Part shown: positions 62,379 to 64,000 of the stretch, one piece after another
How positions within the stretch are numbered: position 1 is the stretch's first letter
How the letters are laid out: each line of letters begins with the position of its first letter
NCBI GenBank assembly: GCA_043802485.1
Contig: JAZDKZ010000001.1
Coordinates: forward strand, 64,622-128,621
Length of the DNA: 64,000 nucleotides
Source: Candidatus Aenigmatarchaeota archaeon
GTDB taxonomy: Archaea > Aenigmatarchaeota > Aenigmatarchaeia > Aenigmatarchaeales > Aenigmatarchaeaceae
Reading direction: 5' to 3'
Made by a program: the position numbers and the translations under genes
Notes under the pieces: generated by a model
The model's input: the letters and a program-made list of their open reading frames with translations, nothing else
Database searches by the model: none
What the model was told of the DNA's origin: nothing

Positions 62379-62889
62379 CAGCTCCCTCCACGACTATGCC
62401 GTTCAGCGCGCTGTTGATAAGATGTTCGTTCTTCAGCTCTTTAACATTCCTCACCACAAAGAGTTGTATGGGCCTGTTGATACTCTTCTCAAATCTCTTG
62501 ATGCCGGAAAAATCCTTTGCTTTTTCAGAAACAATCAGCAGGTCAAAGTCGCTCGTCTTTGTGTCAAGGCCGCTTGCGGCAGAGCCGAAAAGCACGATGG
62601 CAGGCTTTAGGTAGAAACTGTTCAGGGCGTCCACTAGGCCTGACTCTCTCAGCTTCCTTATGTTGTAGTAGGTCTTTAGGTCCCTGTAGGAGGCGCTTTC
62701 CAAGTCCGACCTGTACAGGTTGAGGTTCCTCTCCTTCCTCTCCTTCAGAAGGCCGTCCTTTGCCATTCCTTTCAGTTCCTTGCTTGCCGTTGCCGGGGAA
62801 ACGCCCAAAATCCTGGCGGCTTCCCTCACATTGAACTCCCTGGCAGGGTCCTCAAAAAATATCTTCAGTATGTTTAATTTTATGAACAT
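62353..62889 (-). CDS. Minimal nucleotidyltransferase (MNT) with an N-terminal winged-helix domain
   Basis: wHTH (FNVREAARILGVSPATASKELKGMAKDGLL) plus the NTase motif LFGSAASGLDTKTSDFDLLIV. Confidence 0.75.
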   Translation of the reverse strand: MFIKLNILKIFFEDPAREFNVREAARILGVSPATASKELKGMAKDGLLKERKERNLNLYRSDLESASYRDLKTYYNIRKLRESGLVDALNSFYLKPAIVLFGSAASGLDTKTSDFDLLIVSEKAKDFSGIKRFEKSINRPIQLFVVRNVKELKNEHLINSALNGIVVEGAVDGFERVL

Positions 62890-62908
62890 ATGTTTAATTT
62901 TATGAACA
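62869..62908. repeat. Perfect 20-bp tandem duplication (tatgtttaattttatgaaca x2) spanning the MNT start codon
   Basis: Read directly: 62869-62888 equals 62889-62908. A degenerate third partial copy (ac-tgtttaaata) follows. Confidence 0.9.
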
Positions 62909-62928
62909 ACTGTTTAAATAATTTACTG

Positions 62929-63012
62929 TCAGCGGGCCATGATCTTTATTATGTCCCCATTCTTCAGCTCATAGTCTGCGGAAACCCTTTTCTTCGTCCT
63001 TGCGTCAACAGC
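62929..63012 (-). pseudogene. Orphan 3' fragment resembling the C-terminal TGS domain of an archaeal Obg/YchF/DRG-family GTPase
   Basis: The minus strand reads IIGAVDARTKKRVSADYELKNGDIIKIMAR*. Upstream of this, the same frame translates to non-protein-like text (the ORF-track 105-aa product), so only ~28 codons look genuine. Confidence 0.35.
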
Positions 63013-63181
63013 GCCGATGATAATTACAACTATAGACAGTGAATAAATTATTTGTATCCGAATGTTACAATAAAGAACAAGATGAAATTTAATCTTCTTA
63101 GCCTCCATAATCCTGCCATAGATAAAGCCCCGATCACGGATAACTCTTAACGGAAAGAATTTAGCAAAAATAATCGACCGT

Positions 63182-64000
63182 ATGATAGATGATGTTTGCA
63201 AAACAGAACATATAAGTAAATATATGCTTGGTATTAGAATAAGCAAGATTATCGGTTGTAATATTGATACAGTGTATAAAAGACTTTGTCACTGCAACGG
63301 ATACGAATGGTATCCAATCCCTTTGATTAATGTTATTTTGGATTTATGGAAAAATACAGGTAAAAATGAGGTAAGAGATGTAATTAAGACTATTAAACTA
63401 TTAATGATGAAACTCAGTTTCTAAAAACAGGTCGTTCTTACACCTACAAAGCTGTAAAAGAAGTTTCCCCTTCTATAGCAAAATTGTGTGGTTCAATCGT
63501 AGCGGATGGCCATATTACTAATGACCGAGCTTCCAAGATAGTCATTATAGATAACTACCCGAAAGCCATTATCAAGTGTGCTAGATGGTTCAGGGAAGTT
63601 TTCGGTTTCCTACCGCGTGTTAAAAAGAGCAAAACGTTTGATGCATGGTACTTTAGGGTAAGTAGCAAACTGGTAGCAAGAATGTTAAATGTTTTTTTCG
63701 AGATTCCCACAGGTAGAAAATCTAGTATAGTGAAAGAACCTAACTGCATTAAAGAATCACATTACAGAATAGACTTTGTTGAAGGTGTTCTGCTTATGGA
63801 CGGTTGTGTAGAGACAGATAATATCATTTCCTTTGGTACGACAAGTGGAAGATTAGCTAAAGATGTCTTTGAAATCCTCAAACAAAACAATTTTTCTGTA
63901 AAGCTCTCTTACAAGCCTTCAAATAAAATATTCGTGATTAAAACAGGTGTTTTGAACAAAGAAGAAGCTAAAAAATGGACATCTGTTTTTGACAAAGATA
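63182..64000 (+). mobile_element. LAGLIDADG homing endonuclease gene, apparently split by a frameshift; 3' end beyond the window
   Basis: Frame 2 ORF 63182..63424 has an HTH-like stretch (ISKYMLGIRISKIIGCNIDTVYKRL). Frame 1 is open from 63397 to 64000 with no upstream ATG. It encodes IAKLCGSIVADGHI (LAGLIDADG motif 1) and DFVEGVLLMDGCV (motif 2). Confidence 0.7.

Noticed and set aside
1-64000. CRISPR arrays, rRNA genes, inteins in large genes (valS, rad50, metG, the aCPSF1 gene), transposases and integrases
   Set aside because: No regularly spaced direct repeats were seen. There are no rRNA-like GC-rich stretches. All large conserved proteins have family-typical lengths without Cys/Ser...HN insertions. 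No DDE or tyrosine-recombinase motifs were noticed.

Overview
The window is a compact, gene-dense archaeal chromosome segment, called from translated-ORF motifs only because no database search was possible. About 45 kb is informational and housekeeping core. It includes ribosomal proteins S3Ae, S15, S24e, S27ae, L37Ae and L15e, the tRNA synthetases ValRS, ProRS and MetRS, and aRF1. It also includes Rpo7/Spt4/RpoP, the KEOPS parts Bud32, Kae1 and Pcc1, aCPSF1, and Mre11-Rad50. The classic archaeal superoperon is intact on the minus strand at 33.4-39.7 kb: L15e, RNase P Rpp30 and Pop5, proteasome alpha, SBDS, Rrp4, Rrp41, Rrp42, L37Ae, RpoP, Pcc1 and prefoldin beta. Two tRNAs are present. tRNA-Ala(CGC) is unremarkable, and a tRNA-Ile(GAU) appears to carry a 21-nt intron at a non-canonical position. 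Short proteins, tight packing, GGTGA-type Shine-Dalgarno sites, a bacterial-type PFK and a cold-shock protein suggest a reduced, DPANN-like archaeon; this is inference only. The region of most interest is a ~16 kb accessory island at 46.1-61.9 kb. It encodes a 1430-aa cysteine-rich modular surface protein with a pilin-like N-terminus, next to a divergent RHH regulator plus a beta-helical bactofilin-like protein. It also encodes several secreted proteins, two of which share a 41-aa six-Cys TSP1-like module. Further genes are a processive GT2 synthase translationally coupled to a putative deacetylase, an ArsR regulator, and an S8 subtilase with four 8-Cys repeats. The ArsR gene and the deacetylase/GT2 operon share an identical 25-nt promoter-like element. 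Downstream lie a HEPN-MNT pair with a perfect 20-bp tandem duplication at its start, an orphan TGS-domain gene fragment, and an apparently frameshifted LAGLIDADG homing endonuclease that runs off the window. No CRISPR array, rRNA, integrase, reverse transcriptase or intein was seen.
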